NCBI GenBank assembly: GCA_946965045.2
Contig: OX337238.1
Span: 2,728,001-2,792,000 of the forward strand
Reading direction: 5' to 3'
Length of the DNA: 64,000 bases
Origin: Epithemia pelagica
Taxonomy: Eukaryota > Protista > Bacillariophyta
The notes below the pieces were generated by a model, which worked only from the letters and a program-made list of their open reading frames with translations, searched no databases and was not told where the DNA came from. Positions 62,883-64,000 of this stretch are shown here, one piece after another; position 1 is the stretch's first letter, and each line of letters begins with the position of its first letter. A program made the translations under genes and the position numbers.

Positions 62883-64000
62883 CAGGGTGTGGAAGTTGAA
62901 CTTGGCCATTTTCCAATTTCCAAATATTTTTACCAAAAAAGTTGCATTTTCACCATTTTTAGTTCATTTCCCCCCCTTTTTTTACCAACTTCGTGTCTAT
63001 AATTCATTCGCAACGAATATTTCTATGACTTTTCGTCGATAAATTGCAACTTTACATTCAGCATAATTTCCCTAAGTTGCATTCAATTTCCTCGCAATTC
63101 TCCTCTGACTTACTATCAAAAGTCTATTCTCATAGTCATCGGTTCCAACTTTTCTGTACAAATCTATTTCCAATTTTCTTTGTTCTCTCCTACCAGCCTA
63201 CAATATACTCCAGTCAATTACTTCCTAACACACACTAAGATCACTTCTTTCGTTCCACATGTTGCTTGATATTCCTCTCGCCTCTCGACATGTTTCGCCA
63301 CTCATCACTCATTCAAGACATGAATGAAGTGACCAGTGACCAGTGACCATCAGTTGCCAGTTTCCAGTCTGTATAGAAAAGAGGTGCTTCCCACTCCCAA
63401 CTCACCAACTGTTTTGCATATTCGAGACTCCAGAGACCTTCTCACTTCTCACCCACATGTCTCAGGGTCTCTTGGGGCTTGTCATAACGAGTATCAATAA
63501 TTCACCGGCTGTTTCAACTCTTTCTCCTCCAACCATTGCAATGTCCCCGCCCCCTACCAACACAAGAGGACAATCTCGCCGAGCTTCTGTTTCATCTTTG
63601 GAATCATCAGTTCCCAACAACCGTGCAACTAACAACAACACCAATCCATCAGACAACGTGAATCTCAATATGAACAACGAAAACAACGACAACGATAACG
63701 AAGACGATGAATCTGTTTCTCCCGAACGAAGAGAAGAAATAAAACTTGAAAAGTCGTTCATTTCGTTCCAATCTATTGCAAGATCAAAACAATTTCGTAA
63801 TTTCTACAGATCTTTTTGGGGCACGGTTCGATACATTGACTACAAGAAGCTGTCGACACACAAAGGCAAGATTTCCGAGGACAGTCTTTTGAGAATGGAG
63901 GGTCTCCTTCGCTGTTTTGACATGTTAGAACAGGCCTCCGAAGATGACATACGTGAAAACGACACTTATAAGTCCATTAACAAGAGGATGGTTGTCTGCC
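62883..64000 (+). mobile_element. Probable DNA transposon (hAT-like), 5' end only; runs off the window
   Basis: Homology to the X-K spacer stops at GGAAGGAAC| (28449-type copy continues CCTTGCC). The new sequence starts CAGGGTGTGG, a typical hAT terminus, and is AT-richer, with TGACCAG subterminal repeats at ~63331. Confidence 0.6.
63457..64000 (+). CDS. Partial ORF inside the insertion (possible transposase N-terminus); not in the ORF track because it has no stop in the window
   Basis: Open from ATG 63457 (or 63541) to the window end: MSQGLLG...EIKLEKSFISFQSIARSKQFRNFYRSFWGTVRYIDY...INKRMVVC. Confidence 0.6.
   Translation, partial: MSQGLLGLVITSINNSPAVSTLSPPTIAMSPPPTNTRGQSRRASVSSLESSVPNNRATNNNTNPSDNVNLNMNNENNDNDNEDDESVSPERREEIKLEKSFISFQSIARSKQFRNFYRSFWGTVRYIDYKKLSTHKGKISEDSLLRMEGLLRCFDMLEQASEDDIRENDTYKSINKRMVVC

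Overview
Eukaryotic, intron-poor DNA, almost certainly from a diatom (it carries a silicon transporter and several diatom-typical families). The first ~18 kb holds mostly single-copy genes: an uncharacterised Pro/His-rich protein with a Cys/His C-terminal domain, a SIT, a spliced sulfotransferase-like type II membrane protein, a vWA/alpha-kinase fused back-to-back to a truncated adhE paralog, a divergent kelch gene, a multiply frameshifted arrestin-fold gene and a bacterial-like membrane protein. From ~18.6 kb to ~62.9 kb the window is an unstable array built from a repeated head-to-head two-gene cassette. One gene is a ~900-aa low-complexity protein ('X', minus strand, 6 copies, 2 intact). 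The other is a stand-alone six-bladed kelch propeller ('K', plus strand, 10 copies in the window, 8 intact). The kelch copies are mosaics of each other and vary most at the predicted ligand-binding face. All but the divergent K1 are preceded by a conserved 14-bp G-U-containing hairpin, which is degraded before K4 and K10. The array is interleaved with a five-exon, apparently mitochondrion-targeted bifunctional AdhE gene that has a single nonsense codon, further adhE relics and a small coiled-coil gene. It also contains an ~11.4-kb segmental duplication at ~27.3-kb spacing, a structured ~430-bp insertion, and a probable hAT transposon entering at 62883. The function of the X/K cassette is unknown; a recognition or poison-antidote role is inference only. 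No tRNA, rRNA or CRISPR array was found.
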